From Carpediemonas membranifera BICM (Eukaryota; Protista; Fornicata): a stretch of 64,000 nt of DNA. Location of the stretch: NCBI GenBank assembly GCA_019828565.1, contig JAHDYR010000064.1, positions 62,001 through 126,000 on the forward strand, read 5' to 3'. Below the pieces are notes generated by a model that was not told where the DNA came from, did no database searches, and worked only from the letters and a program-made list of their open reading frames with translations. Numbering within the stretch: position 1 is the stretch's first letter; each line of letters opens with the position of its first letter. Shown in pieces: positions 22,595 to 33,754 of the stretch. The position numbers were made by a program, and so were the translations under genes.

Positions 22595-24775
22595 TCATGC
22601 GGCAGGCACCGTAGCGCTGCGCTTGAGCTGCTTCTCGAGCATCTTTCGTGGCTTCCGCGGCAGCTGGGCCGCGATGACATCAGCCAGCTCCACCGCGCGC
22701 CCGTGGACCTCAGGCGGCGAGGCCGAGAGCAGTACCTCGAGCCGGGCAGCCACGGCTTCAAAGTCAATGGGGGAGTTGCGGTCAGTTTTCCCCGAGGCCA
22801 ACGCAGTGTCGCGAATGATTGCCATGCATCCGACAGAGACACGCTCGCTCCTTGATGTAATCATCGAGGTCAGCTTGCTGAACACAGCGGGTAGCCCATG
22901 CATTCTCCCCTTATCCCGCGAAAGCGTCGCGACAAGGTCCACTACGGCCTCAGTCATGCCCGAGTACTGTCCATGTCGGCCTAATAACTCGCACAGGTAG
23001 GAGTCGGCCGACCCGACTGAGTGCCAGAACTCACCGCGGCCGTCTTGGTCGACTCGGAGAAGGGCCGCCAGTGACCGAACGATCTGGGCACCGACACGTT
23101 CGTCTCTGAACCTATCTAGAAGCCCCATGAGGGTGATTACGAGCTCCTTGCTGAAAGAACTGGTCTCTTGGGCCGTATCGTGCTGGAACATCGACTCTAA
23201 AGACTGAGTCACGCCTTCGACTTCTGTGCGAGTCAGATTAGGGTCCATGGCGTATCGGATCACGGCGCTTGGTGGCAGGAAGAGGTAGCTCGGTCCGAAT
23301 ATGGTGTTCGAATGAATCTGGCAGAGCGCATGGATGGCTCTCGTGACGAGCACGTGCTCTTGCGGGGCGACCCCTGATGCTAGTGGGATGAACACATCGC
23401 TCGGTCTGATGAGCGCGATGTAAAGGCTACAAGCTGATCGTGCGACGTCTGGCGCTGAGCCGTGGGTTTCGATGACCATCCCGAGAGCTGACCAAACATT
23501 GGTCGCAACCTTGCGTGGGAAAGCCGAGAACACGGCGGCGAGGCAATCCATGACGGCACGCACGGCCTTGGCGTGAGGCAGCGCGACCGGGATTTTTGCA
23601 ACCGCCGTATCAAGGATTCCCAGGTTCAAGAGCTGGGAAGCTACTATATCGAGACCGGAGGCCATGTTGGTCAGTGCCGATGCAGTGGACATGACGACGA
23701 AAGAATCCTTAGACTGCGAAAAAAGACGGAAGAGAATGGGGACAAGACCCGAGTCGAAGGCGATCTCACGAAAGTCGGGGGAGAGGCAGATGTTGGCAAT
23801 AGCACCAGAGATGAGCGCTGCCACGTCGTCCGAAAGCCAGTCGGAGAGGGCGTCGATGCAGACTTGGAATAGGCCGGCGTCAACCAGGCTGCGCGCGTAC
23901 AGACTCAGTGGAAGCACTCCACTCGGCTCTCTAGCGACATATGTGTGGTTAACCAGCTGTACGGCCGCTTCCTTGGCCGCCTCCACCGACGTGGCGGAGG
24001 AGAGACTCTGCAGGGCTCTAAGTGGGTCCCTTTCCGAGCCAAAGACGAGGCTGGCTATAGCTGGCTCAGCTTCTACTGCCTGCTTGGCCTGTGGGTGTCG
24101 GATGAGGATCTCTAGGAGAGTGGTGATGAGGTCGACAATCTTCGAGTCAGCATGCTCGGCGAGGTTGACGATTGCTGGGATCCCGCCGACGTCTAAGAAG
24201 TTGTCCACGAGGTTCTCTGAGAATGCGATGATGTGGCGGAGACAGGTGAGTGTCGTGGCATCGGGCGCGTCGGCCGCCAGAAGCTCTGTGAGGACGCGGA
24301 CGAGACCTGGTCCATCTAGGAGCCCGATTGCCGGCGTCTTGTTCTGCGATAGGTTGGCTAGAGCAACACAGATCGGGGCAGCCAGGTGGGGCTCTGAGGC
24401 GTAGGCGAAGAGTGCTTCTTGGACCATGACGGTGATTCCATCAAGCCCGCACTTCAGAGTGACTTGGGAAGACGTATCGTAGTAGCTGAGCAGTGATATG
24501 CACTCCACGACGGTGATGATGTCGGAAGAGTTGCCGCTGTCCAGGGCGGTACGGAGCGTGACGCTCAATAGGGGGATGATGCGGCTGCCAAGCAGTCGGA
24601 GGACTACTTTCTCGTTTAAGCAGTTGTCTGTGATAATATGTACGGCGCTAAGCAGTTCGTCGAGCGATCGTGAGTTGGAAACCGCCTGGTCGAGGATGCG
24701 GATCCCCTTCTCGGCAACGGACGCGTGGTGTTCTTCATTTGAGTCCAAGAGCACTCCTTCACCAATAGAAGTCAT
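22595..24775 (-). CDS. Armadillo-repeat protein
   Basis: Repeated ARM-like motifs ALANLS, GGIPAIVNL, GAIANIC, GLVPILFRL, ALTNMA. Confidence 0.75.
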   Translation of the reverse strand: MTSIGEGVLLDSNEEHHASVAEKGIRILDQAVSNSRSLDELLSAVHIITDNCLNEKVVLRLLGSRIIPLLSVTLRTALDSGNSSDIITVVECISLLSYYDTSSQVTLKCGLDGITVMVQEALFAYASEPHLAAPICVALANLSQNKTPAIGLLDGPGLVRVLTELLAADAPDATTLTCLRHIIAFSENLVDNFLDVGGIPAIVNLAEHADSKIVDLITTLLEILIRHPQAKQAVEAEPAIASLVFGSERDPLRALQSLSSATSVEAAKEAAVQLVNHTYVAREPSGVLPLSLYARSLVDAGLFQVCIDALSDWLSDDVAALISGAIANICLSPDFREIAFDSGLVPILFRLFSQSKDSFVVMSTASALTNMASGLDIVASQLLNLGILDTAVAKIPVALPHAKAVRAVMDCLAAVFSAFPRKVATNVWSALGMVIETHGSAPDVARSACSLYIALIRPSDVFIPLASGVAPQEHVLVTRAIHALCQIHSNTIFGPSYLFLPPSAVIRYAMDPNLTRTEVEGVTQSLESMFQHDTAQETSSFSKELVITLMGLLDRFRDERVGAQIVRSLAALLRVDQDGRGEFWHSVGSADSYLCELLGRHGQYSGMTEAVVDLVATLSRDKGRMHGLPAVFSKLTSMITSRSERVSVGCMAIIRDTALASGKTDRNSPIDFEAVAARLEVLLSASPPEVHGRAVELADVIAAQLPRKPRKMLEKQLKRSATVPAA

Positions 24776-25151
24776 GCTTTTGATAGTCGTTTGACGAAAT
24801 TCGTAGGTGCCTTGATGTCATTCGCGGGCATTGGTTCGCAAGACATCAAAATGTTTGTCTGATTAGCAAGAGCCTCAGTGGGCCCTGACGGCACGCATGC
24901 CCGTATCACTGATGCCATAAGGCCACTGACCGGTGAAATTCCGAGTTTGACCGTTGTTGACTGCCGTAGTGAGAATTGTCACGGTCAACGACCATGCCCA
25001 CGGCATAATGGTGAACACACCGCGTGGTTGGGTTGTTCATGACCTGGCCCTCCTCCCAGAGAGGCGCAGAATCAGATTTACGCATTATTTGACGGAGTCG
25101 GACGTCGCTTGACTTTCGGCAGAACTCGCTGCGTTCCAGCACTGCTTACAT

Positions 25152-27746
25152 ATGCTCTCTACACTTAGCAAAACCGTCGCAGGCAAGCTTGTGACCGCTC
25201 AGAACCTCGCTGTGTTCCCCACGATGGGCCTCCGCACACTCAGCACCGAGACGAAGGCCCGTCTTGCTGAACACCTTGGCTACAACCCCGTGGCTATCCC
25301 GGACGCCGGCTACAAGTACACTGACACGGAAAGCATCATTGACCGTGCCAATCTTGTTCAGTACTCCGTCGATCCCGCCGTCCGCCCCACCGAAGTTCTT
25401 CCCAACACCAAGAAGATCGACGCCATCCTCGAGCGTGCTCTCCACCGCACCACGAAGTACCTGCACGAGCACGAGGCCTACGAGGTTCTTGCTGCGGCAG
25501 GCGTGACCATTCCCGAGCACTACTTCCATCCAATGACCGATACCCTCGACATGCTCAAGAAGAAGCTTGACCCCAAGAAGAAGTACGTCGCCAAGGCCAT
25601 GATCCCCGGCTGCATCCACAAGACGGATGTCGGTGGTGTCGCCTTCAACATCACCCGCGACAACTGCAATGAGACGCTCAAGGACTTCGCCAAGAAGTTC
25701 AACACCGACCCCGCTGGTATCGACGGCGTGCTCTTCGCTGAGCAGCTTGACTTCAAGAAGGGCGGCCTGGGCGGCGGCGAGATGCTCCTCTCTTCTTACG
25801 AAGACCCCTTCTTCGGCCCCACCATCGCCTTTGGTGTCGGCGGTACTGTCGTCGAGTACGCCAAGGACGTCTTCCGTGACGGCAAGAGCACGTTCTTCGT
25901 GCCCGCCTTTGTGGACATCGACACTGTTCAGGATGAGTTCCGCAAATTCCCCATCGTAGAGCAGCTCGACGGCAAGGTCCGCGGCGTTTCTAAGACCGTA
26001 GACTTCGATAAGGAGCTCCTGCCTACTATCCGCGGCATCCAGGCACTTGTCCGCCAGTATTCGAAACACAACCCCCAGTCGAAGTACGTCATCGAGGAGA
26101 TTGAAGTCAATCCGATGGTTGCTGGCGCCAATGGCGGCCTCTTCGCCCTCGACGGTGTTCTTTCCGTCCGTCTGAACGAGAACTACGGCAAGGAGCCCGA
26201 GAAGCCTCTGTATCACGCCAACAAGCCCCTCGAGCAGGTTGACGCCCTCCTCCACGCCCGCTCTGTCTGCGTCGTCGGCTGCTCCACCAAGAACGCGTCC
26301 AACCCATGCAACGTCATCATGAGCAAGTTCAAGGACAACGCCAACGTCCCTGACGAGGCGATCTACCCTCTACACAAGTCCGCTGACGCCATCCAGGATG
26401 TCCCTGCCGTCCCGAGCTTCGATGCCCTCCTCGAGGCCCGTAACGGCGACCCCGTGGACTGCCTCGTCGTCGGTGTGCCCGCCGCTGCTGCCCACGGCGT
26501 CATGAAGGAAGCCATGCTCAAGAACGTTGCCCGCTCCATCCTCATCATCTCCGGCGGCTTCGGCGAGACTGAGGGCGGCAAGGAGTGGGAGGAGGACCTC
26601 AAGCAGACCCTCGCCAGCCTGCCCCACGACAGGCGTCCCGTGATTAACGGCCCGAACACCCTTGGCTGCAACGCCGATGGTTGGGAGACCATCTTCACCC
26701 CCGGATCCAAGTCCAGTTGGACTGGCCGCGGTGTCCCACATGCTGCTGTCATCTGCCAGTCTGGCGCCTTTATGATCACCCGCCGCTCTGACATGGCCGA
26801 CACCGTGGCCCCCAGAGTGTCAGTGTCCACTGGTAACCAGCTCGACCTCTCTGTCACCGATTTCCTCGAGCACATGCTCAATGATCCCCAGTACGAAGAT
26901 GTCTCGACCTTTGGGCTTTACGTGGAGGGATTCCAGGACACTGACGGACTCCGGCTCATGAAGCTTGTCTCTGAGGCCGCTCAGATGGGCCGCTATGTTG
27001 TTTTGTACAAGGCTGGCCGCACCAAGGCGGGTCAGGATGCCACTGCCGGCCACACTGCTTCGATTGCCGGCGACTACTCCATGATCAAGCACATGGTCGA
27101 GATGGCGGGCGGCATTGTCGCTGACGACGTCACTGAGTTCGAGCAGACGATGATGCTCACCACCATGATCGGAGACGAGCTCCGCGCCGGCATCAAGGCC
27201 AAGGGCGACCGCGCCAAGGTCCGTGTCGCGGGTCTCTCCAATGCCGGCTTCGAGAAGTGCGCCATCGCCGACCATCTCGCCGAGGGTGGCCGTACTGATC
27301 TCGTGGACTACACTCCCGAGGGGATGAAGCTCATTGCCGACATTTACCAGAAGAACAAGATCGGCTCCATCGTCGACATCGACCGCGTGCTCGACACTAC
27401 CCCCATGTTTGGCGATGTCGGCTACGATGAGCTCTTCCGCACCCTCCTCTCGATGCCTGAGGTCGACGTCGGCTTCTTCTCCATGGTCCCCGAGACGGGC
27501 AACCTTCACACCCTCCCCCCAGGCTGGTCCGACTTCGACGAGGACCTTGCCCGCGAAGACTCCATTGTCCAGAAGATTCTGAAGATCCGCACAGAGTCCC
27601 ACAAGCCTTTCCTCGTCGTGGCTGAGTCTGGCTGGAAGTACGAACCGATGGCTGCCATGCTCAACCTCAGCGGCGTCCCCACGTTTAGACACGCGGACCA
27701 GGCGGCTAAGGTGCTCAGCAAGGTGATCAACAGCATCCGTGTGTAG
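25152..27746 (+). CDS. ADP-forming acetyl-CoA synthetase (acetate-CoA ligase), ATP-grasp-first fusion, with putative organellar presequence
   Basis: HKTDVGGV and EIEVNP (ATP-grasp), then ISGGFGE, GPNTLG, QSGA, STGNQ.D, GHTASIAG (phospho-His). N-terminus MLSTLSK. Strong codon bias. Confidence 0.93.
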   Translation: MLSTLSKTVAGKLVTAQNLAVFPTMGLRTLSTETKARLAEHLGYNPVAIPDAGYKYTDTESIIDRANLVQYSVDPAVRPTEVLPNTKKIDAILERALHRTTKYLHEHEAYEVLAAAGVTIPEHYFHPMTDTLDMLKKKLDPKKKYVAKAMIPGCIHKTDVGGVAFNITRDNCNETLKDFAKKFNTDPAGIDGVLFAEQLDFKKGGLGGGEMLLSSYEDPFFGPTIAFGVGGTVVEYAKDVFRDGKSTFFVPAFVDIDTVQDEFRKFPIVEQLDGKVRGVSKTVDFDKELLPTIRGIQALVRQYSKHNPQSKYVIEEIEVNPMVAGANGGLFALDGVLSVRLNENYGKEPEKPLYHANKPLEQVDALLHARSVCVVGCSTKNASNPCNVIMSKFKDNANVPDEAIYPLHKSADAIQDVPAVPSFDALLEARNGDPVDCLVVGVPAAAAHGVMKEAMLKNVARSILIISGGFGETEGGKEWEEDLKQTLASLPHDRRPVINGPNTLGCNADGWETIFTPGSKSSWTGRGVPHAAVICQSGAFMITRRSDMADTVAPRVSVSTGNQLDLSVTDFLEHMLNDPQYEDVSTFGLYVEGFQDTDGLRLMKLVSEAAQMGRYVVLYKAGRTKAGQDATAGHTASIAGDYSMIKHMVEMAGGIVADDVTEFEQTMMLTTMIGDELRAGIKAKGDRAKVRVAGLSNAGFEKCAIADHLAEGGRTDLVDYTPEGMKLIADIYQKNKIGSIVDIDRVLDTTPMFGDVGYDELFRTLLSMPEVDVGFFSMVPETGNLHTLPPGWSDFDEDLAREDSIVQKILKIRTESHKPFLVVAESGWKYEPMAAMLNLSGVPTFRHADQAAKVLSKVINSIRV

Positions 27747-27965
27747 ACATAAAGACGTTAATTCAGTGGTAGACGATGGAAGATAGGGTATAAGGTATTC
27801 TGTGGTGGTCGCGGTTGGGGCGAGTGGAATTCGATGAAGAGGCAAGAGTGAGCGATGGCTATCATGAAGACCAACTACTGGCCGTTGGTCGAGCTCTTAC
27901 GCATCACCCGCGGCCTTCGTGATAAGCTGCACAATCACGAACGAACTCGGTAGCCCTCGACAACC

Positions 27966-28562
27966 ATGCCAAAATCCGAACAACCAACGCTCGGGCCAGT
28001 AGAATTACAGGGCATGTGGACCAATGTCGTCAACGAACTCCACGATCTCAACTCCAATCCAGCGTTCCCATCGACATTCGGCACAACTGCTCAAACCCCA
28101 CCGGAATGGTATCAAAGACAGATAGATCAGGCAAAGAAGCTGAAAGAGGTGTATATTCGTCAAAACGGCATCATTAACCAGCAGCTCAGGACGCTCTACG
28201 TCAACTTCATCTCCAAGAAACAGCATACCGCCCTTTCACCAACCAAGACCGCCCCTCCAAGAGCCCGCAATCCCTCCTCCACCTTTACTCTACCAGAAAT
28301 CCCCACCTATGACCACCACACCAAGTGCTGCCACAGTGACTGCACACAACGAGCTCTCCCACTGTGCCAGTACTGTCCAGCCCACATGGCGGCGGACAAG
28401 GGCCAGCACATGTACACCCAGTGCGTCCACATGGAGCTGGGCAGGCGGTGTCAGCGCACAGTCCATGGTCGTGGTCGGTGTGTGGAGCACCAGCCCACGG
28501 GGGCGAGCGAGCTCGCGTTGGGGGAACCGGAGGGGAAGAGGGATGCGATATTGCTGTGGTGA
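27966..28562 (+). CDS. zf-C3Hc3H protein (KANSL2/INO80D-like)
   Basis: C...C..RALPLCQYC..H...D..Q.MY.QC...C...C..H. Confidence 0.7.
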   Translation: MPKSEQPTLGPVELQGMWTNVVNELHDLNSNPAFPSTFGTTAQTPPEWYQRQIDQAKKLKEVYIRQNGIINQQLRTLYVNFISKKQHTALSPTKTAPPRARNPSSTFTLPEIPTYDHHTKCCHSDCTQRALPLCQYCPAHMAADKGQHMYTQCVHMELGRRCQRTVHGRGRCVEHQPTGASELALGEPEGKRDAILLW

Positions 28563-28804
28563 GATGCGTGTCGGATGTTTATGACAGTTTATGAGAGTTT
28601 AGGCCTGCTTTAGGAATGACCCGGGCATGCAAGGCCCAAACAGGACTGCAATTGAGCGCACTAAGCCGATAAACGTGTGCATGGTCATCAATAAGCTCGT
28701 TTCATACCATTCTCGTCTCTATTTGCCTGGATGGGCGAACATGGTGAGCGCGCACTTTCCATGTCGTGGCGCCACAACCTACTGTAGATCCACAAGCACC
28801 AACA

Positions 28805-30517
28805 ATGGAAGCTCCGCGGAGGATTGAACGAACAACACAAGACGGCTTCTATCTTGTTGCAGCAGCGAGATTTAATCGATTGGAGGATGTTCTATCAGCG
28901 TTGCTTCTCAACTCTGTCGAAGAGGGAGCATCATCGGTTCACATTGCCTGGGAGGACGAATCAGGTTCAATGTTTGTCTCTGATAATGGTGGAGGCTTTC
29001 CTGAAACAGTATTACGGTCTCTCGACCAGCGTCGGGCCACATCTACGAAACCCGCCAAAGCCGGCCAAAGTCTCCTGCTTATATCAAGCGTCGCAAGGAT
29101 CACTATCGCACACAACGGCCGCCCCGTACTCGCCCTGGGTGGCCAGCAAGGCCCATTTATCAATCGGGAGCAAACTTGCGTCTCGGTCACGTCTCTCTTC
29201 GCCCGGACCCCGGTAAGGCTGCGAACAGTCGACCCAGCAATGATCAGACCCACAGTAGTCGATATGGCAGTCGCATATCCATCCGTGCGCTACACCGTCG
29301 AGATGCTGGGTCAGGTAGAGACTGTAGGTCCGTTTCTTGGTCGGCCCGCAGCCCTGAGGTGGGCAATCGGTGTGCCTGAAGAGGAGCAGGTGGTCGAGGC
29401 AGGGCACAGGGGTCTGTACGTGCTGATGGTGACTGTACCAGCGAGTGTTCGGTGCCAAATCTGTCTTTATAATGGGAAAAGATTTGATGATCCAAAGATA
29501 CGAACAGCGGTAATCAACCAGGTCAAGGATCGTGGCATGTTGAAGAACGCGCACCTGGCAACCAGTGGCCGCTTCGTCACCTTCGTAACTTGCTCAGATC
29601 AACCTGTCGTCCCCGCAGAAAAAGTGGCCGAGCTCGTCGATGCTTGTCTTGATGCTCTCTCCCCCGAATCGGAGTCGAGCGATGTCCCAGACGCCACTGC
29701 TGGGGATAGCGATGATGTACTTGGTGACCAAAGACCTGGGCACTCTCGCGCGTCCATACTGAATGGGATGAATCTTTTTGGAAACAGCTTCAAATCTCAT
29801 GGAAGGTTGACCCAGTCTTTAGGGAGCAAGGAGCCCCGTCTGACACAACAGCAGCGGGCAGACATCATCCCTTCTATGCCCTCGAATCCGATCGACCGTG
29901 TCTCCCTCAGCGACCTCACCGCCGTCGGCCAGTTTGCCGATTCATTCATCGTCTGCTCCCATGCTTCCAAGTTGTTCTTTATCGACCAGCACGCTGCGGC
30001 CGAGCGGGTTAACTTGGAGCTTCTTCTCGACGAGCTCCTCGCGGCCAAGCCAATAGTAGTTCCTCGGTCAGAGGCCACACCGTTGCGGGTCGGCCACTCA
30101 TTGTGTACGCACTGTGGAAGTGGTCAGATTGTGACCAGGGTTCGTCGACCGCTGGGTCAAGTGACACTCGACACACCGTGGCTCATTGACCCAGTCTTGG
30201 CACGCAGGTCGGCGTACTTCGAGCGGTGGGGGTGGCGTTTCGATAGAGACACTGTGACCGCAGTGCCTGTGATATATGGCGTGATCTTAGATCGGGTAGC
30301 GTATCTCCAAGATTCGCTCCAAGATTCTGGAGTCCCCTCCATCATCCATCAAATCGTGCTGAGTCGCAGTTGTCGCATGTCCATCAAGGCCAATCAGCCA
30401 CTCACGCTTGCGGACTGCGCCAAGGTTGTTGCTGACCTGGCCGACTGCCGCTGCCCGTGGTACTGTGCCCACGGGCGGCCGACCATTGTACCTGGTCCTG
30501 CTGTAAAGGTGGAGTAG
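28805..30517 (+). CDS. MLH3: MutL homologue, MLH3-like
   Basis: N-terminal GHKL remnant (DNGGG). C-terminal GQF...DQHAAAERVNLE, SCRMSIK, CAHGRPT. Confidence 0.8.
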   Translation: MEAPRRIERTTQDGFYLVAAARFNRLEDVLSALLLNSVEEGASSVHIAWEDESGSMFVSDNGGGFPETVLRSLDQRRATSTKPAKAGQSLLLISSVARITIAHNGRPVLALGGQQGPFINREQTCVSVTSLFARTPVRLRTVDPAMIRPTVVDMAVAYPSVRYTVEMLGQVETVGPFLGRPAALRWAIGVPEEEQVVEAGHRGLYVLMVTVPASVRCQICLYNGKRFDDPKIRTAVINQVKDRGMLKNAHLATSGRFVTFVTCSDQPVVPAEKVAELVDACLDALSPESESSDVPDATAGDSDDVLGDQRPGHSRASILNGMNLFGNSFKSHGRLTQSLGSKEPRLTQQQRADIIPSMPSNPIDRVSLSDLTAVGQFADSFIVCSHASKLFFIDQHAAAERVNLELLLDELLAAKPIVVPRSEATPLRVGHSLCTHCGSGQIVTRVRRPLGQVTLDTPWLIDPVLARRSAYFERWGWRFDRDTVTAVPVIYGVILDRVAYLQDSLQDSGVPSIIHQIVLSRSCRMSIKANQPLTLADCAKVVADLADCRCPWYCAHGRPTIVPGPAVKVE

Positions 30518-30655
30518 GCGAGTAACGGTGTTGGTCTGGCCATGTACGCACAATATGCGCTTCAGAGTGGGTCAAACGAGCTTTGAATGTCCATTCATTT
30601 TGAATTAATCAGTCGAGAATATGTGCAGATTACGGCAAGACCGCAAATATTTCGC

Positions 30656-33433
30656 ATGTGGGGCAGAAGGATTCTGCTCCTGGCCATTATGGTGGCGCTA
30701 GTGGCTTGCCACGACTATGATGGACGCTTGCTCCGTGTTACTTTTACTTCCACCCATACGGACTATCCGGAAGCGCTCAAGAACGCCGGGCTCAAGCTGT
30801 ACGGGATCAACAGCTCTCGACACTACTTCTTCTACTGCGAAACGTTCAATGAAACCATTCAAGCTCTCTCGTTTGTGAATACCATCGACATTGAGCCGCC
30901 TGTCATTGGAGATGATATCCTCGCCGACGAACCCGCCCACCGCGAGCTCCACACCTTCGGACTGAGCGGTGATACCTATCCTGAAGATGCTCTGTCTTAT
31001 CCCGCGTTTGAATATGTTGTTCTTGTCCTCCACAACACCTTGGATCGCGAGGGCTTCGACGCCTTCGTCAGCATGGTTCTCGATCGTCTGCTTCCCATCA
31101 CATCAGTTGAGCACATCGGCAGACAGGGGCCCGGTGACGTGTTTATTCTCCTCCCGCCCTCGGCAAGGCCGTCTCATGTCGCTGGGGTGCTGGCCGACCT
31201 TCCTTTCGTCCGCGCCATCATTCGCCCGCCCAAATATGAGCTCCACAATGCCTATGCGTCTGCCAACATTCAAAGCACTGCCGAGCCTGACAACACCACT
31301 GTTTCTATGCACGACGCGCGTCTCTTTTCTGACCTCGGCGTCAACGGCACCGACATCATCATAGGTCTCGGCGACACCGGAATAGACATGAACCATTGCT
31401 TCTTCCAAAACTACACGGGGCCCATGCAGTATGGCAAGACTCTGGACAACCACCGTAAGTTCGTCATGTACGACGATCGCCTGCATGGCCACACCCCTGG
31501 CGTCCACGGCACGCATGTGGCCGGCACAATTCTGGGCAGCCCCGTGGTGCAGGGTGCTGGGTCGATGTACCAGGGCATGGCCCCAGGCGCTAAGCTGTTC
31601 TTCATCGATTTGGGCACGAACATGTACCCTCCTGCAAATTTGAAGACGTCATATTTCGGTAACGGTGCTGTGGCGGGTGCAACTGTGTTTTCATCGTCTT
31701 GGGGAGTATATGAGGACTACAACTACCCCACTAATTCCTGGGATGCCGACTGGTCAGCGAAAGAGAATAGGCACATGACCATCGTATTCAGCGCTGGTAA
31801 CGCTGGTGATGTTAACGGACCCTGGTCTGTCGCCGCACCGGGCGGGGCGAAGAACGTTATCGCCGTCGGGGCGGCACAGAGTGGGCTGCGGGCGACGGAG
31901 GACGAGTACTGTACCAACCGGACCAGGGTCCTGGAAGGCGATCTCATTCCTCAGTGGGCTTATGACGCATACCACTGGTTTAGTTTCCTTCCAACCTTTG
32001 GATTCCAGACTACGTGCAATGCTGCGAAGAACAAGGATCCGTTCTTCGCCGCTAACTCGATGACGTCCTATTCATCCCTCGGACCGACCTTTGATGGCCG
32101 GATTAAGCCGGACTTCGTCGTCCCTGGCAACATGATCGTGTCTGCCAAGGCTGGCAGGCGAGGCGAGGCTACATGCAACCTGGCCAAAGACTTCATGGCC
32201 AAAGAGGGTACTTCCCAGGCGACGGCAGTCTTGGCTGGCCAAGTGGCACTCTTTCAGCAGTTCGTGAAGGAAGGCCGCTACGGCAACGGTGCGAAGGGCT
32301 CGGCCCCAGGCTTCCTCCCGACCTCCGCGCTCGTCCGCTCAGCTTTTATCGCGATTGCACAAGACATGGACGGCGTGCACCCCTTCCCGCTCAAGTCCAA
32401 GCACAAGACGAGTAGTAACGTACCAATTGCTCCTGGCCCTAATTGTGTGACCGGCTGGGGCAGGGTTGGGCTGGGGAATCTGCTGAAAGAAGGTCATTCG
32501 GTCATCTTGCAGGACGAGAAAAACGCATATATGCTGACAACGAGCAAAGATCACTACTCCTTCACCTTCACCGGCAGCCACGCCAACCACGACCTCTCTA
32601 TCGCTCTTGCTTGGATTGATGTGCCAGCAGGGCATGATCAGGGCAATGCCCCACACGGCTTCTCCCTTAACAAGCTCGTGCTGTGGGTGCAAGGACCCAA
32701 CGGAGCATGGTACACTGGCAACCACGCGGGCACTGCCACCCTGGACGATGAGGATGACCGCAACACTCAAGCTCGCGTCCGCATCCCAGCCGACCCGACT
32801 GCCCCTGCCAGCGCTACGTACACGGTTTACGTCAAAGCCCGTGAGCTTTATGAAGCCTCTCCGTTCGCCCTGACTGTGTGGGGTCAGGTTGACCGTGGCT
32901 CATGGGCTCCTTCGCCTGCTATACTGCCCGCCCGCCCTGGAGGATGCAAGCACGGCCAACCCGCAGAGCTTGACACATGCAAGTGTGAGGCCGGCTTTGC
33001 TGGACATTCGTGCTCTCAAGTGCTAATCACGGGCGAGAGCAAGGACAACGAAGGCAAGGTCTCGCTTGTTGTTGATTCATTCACACTGTCTCCGTGGGAG
33101 ACGTACCACATCCTCGTCCCGGACAACGTCACCGAGGACATAACCTTCAAGATGAAACGCACATCAACCATTCCTCGCGGGTTGACTGGGGCCCTGATTG
33201 CTGGGGCTCAGGTCGACTTCGATGTCACTGTCAACGGTCGTGAGCGTGAGCGGTTGAACGCCACAGCCACGTCGACGAGCCAGAAAGTCGAACTTGCCGC
33301 TTGGGAAGACGGAGTTGTCATCGCTCTTATGTCGCGTGACGGGTGGAATAACGTCACTGTGAGTGTCAATTCCTCGCTTCGTGTCGGACTTAGCTCTGTT
33401 TTGCTCGCACTCCTCATGTTGCTGTTGATCTAA
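30656..33433 (+). CDS. Secreted or membrane-anchored subtilisin (S8, KP-43/TagC-like)
   Basis: Signal peptide; triad GDTG, HGTHVAG, GTSQA; SAGN oxyanion motif; DGRIKPD; EGF-like cysteines; hydrophobic C-terminal tail. Confidence 0.92.
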   Translation: MWGRRILLLAIMVALVACHDYDGRLLRVTFTSTHTDYPEALKNAGLKLYGINSSRHYFFYCETFNETIQALSFVNTIDIEPPVIGDDILADEPAHRELHTFGLSGDTYPEDALSYPAFEYVVLVLHNTLDREGFDAFVSMVLDRLLPITSVEHIGRQGPGDVFILLPPSARPSHVAGVLADLPFVRAIIRPPKYELHNAYASANIQSTAEPDNTTVSMHDARLFSDLGVNGTDIIIGLGDTGIDMNHCFFQNYTGPMQYGKTLDNHRKFVMYDDRLHGHTPGVHGTHVAGTILGSPVVQGAGSMYQGMAPGAKLFFIDLGTNMYPPANLKTSYFGNGAVAGATVFSSSWGVYEDYNYPTNSWDADWSAKENRHMTIVFSAGNAGDVNGPWSVAAPGGAKNVIAVGAAQSGLRATEDEYCTNRTRVLEGDLIPQWAYDAYHWFSFLPTFGFQTTCNAAKNKDPFFAANSMTSYSSLGPTFDGRIKPDFVVPGNMIVSAKAGRRGEATCNLAKDFMAKEGTSQATAVLAGQVALFQQFVKEGRYGNGAKGSAPGFLPTSALVRSAFIAIAQDMDGVHPFPLKSKHKTSSNVPIAPGPNCVTGWGRVGLGNLLKEGHSVILQDEKNAYMLTTSKDHYSFTFTGSHANHDLSIALAWIDVPAGHDQGNAPHGFSLNKLVLWVQGPNGAWYTGNHAGTATLDDEDDRNTQARVRIPADPTAPASATYTVYVKARELYEASPFALTVWGQVDRGSWAPSPAILPARPGGCKHGQPAELDTCKCEAGFAGHSCSQVLITGESKDNEGKVSLVVDSFTLSPWETYHILVPDNVTEDITFKMKRTSTIPRGLTGALIAGAQVDFDVTVNGRERERLNATATSTSQKVELAAWEDGVVIALMSRDGWNNVTVSVNSSLRVGLSSVLLALLMLLLI

Positions 33434-33754
33434 ATGTCATTTCTACACTGTTCGTAGCTTTCGGGAAACGAATCTGATTGTTATGATATCGATCAGTTGC
33501 ATATTGGACTGCCTGGCGTTGCGAGCTTGTCGTTGTCAACCAATTCTGGTCGCAGAAAAATTTTCTCGACTCCACTTCGAGTCAAGAATCTTTGAATACA
33601 CGTATGTTGACCATCGTGGCACTAGAGTGAATGGGAAGATGAAGGAGATACTTCACGTTACCGCAAAATAGCTGTCGCTTTCTTTTGAGCGAGAAAACGA
33701 CACATTTTTTGCACCTCACCATGCCATCCGAGAATTTCTGCTCTAACACAGACA

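Noticed and set aside
25146-27845. Long antisense ORFs opposite ACS, and likewise tubulin, MetAP2 and KamA
   Set aside because: Shadow frames caused by strong C-ending codon bias.
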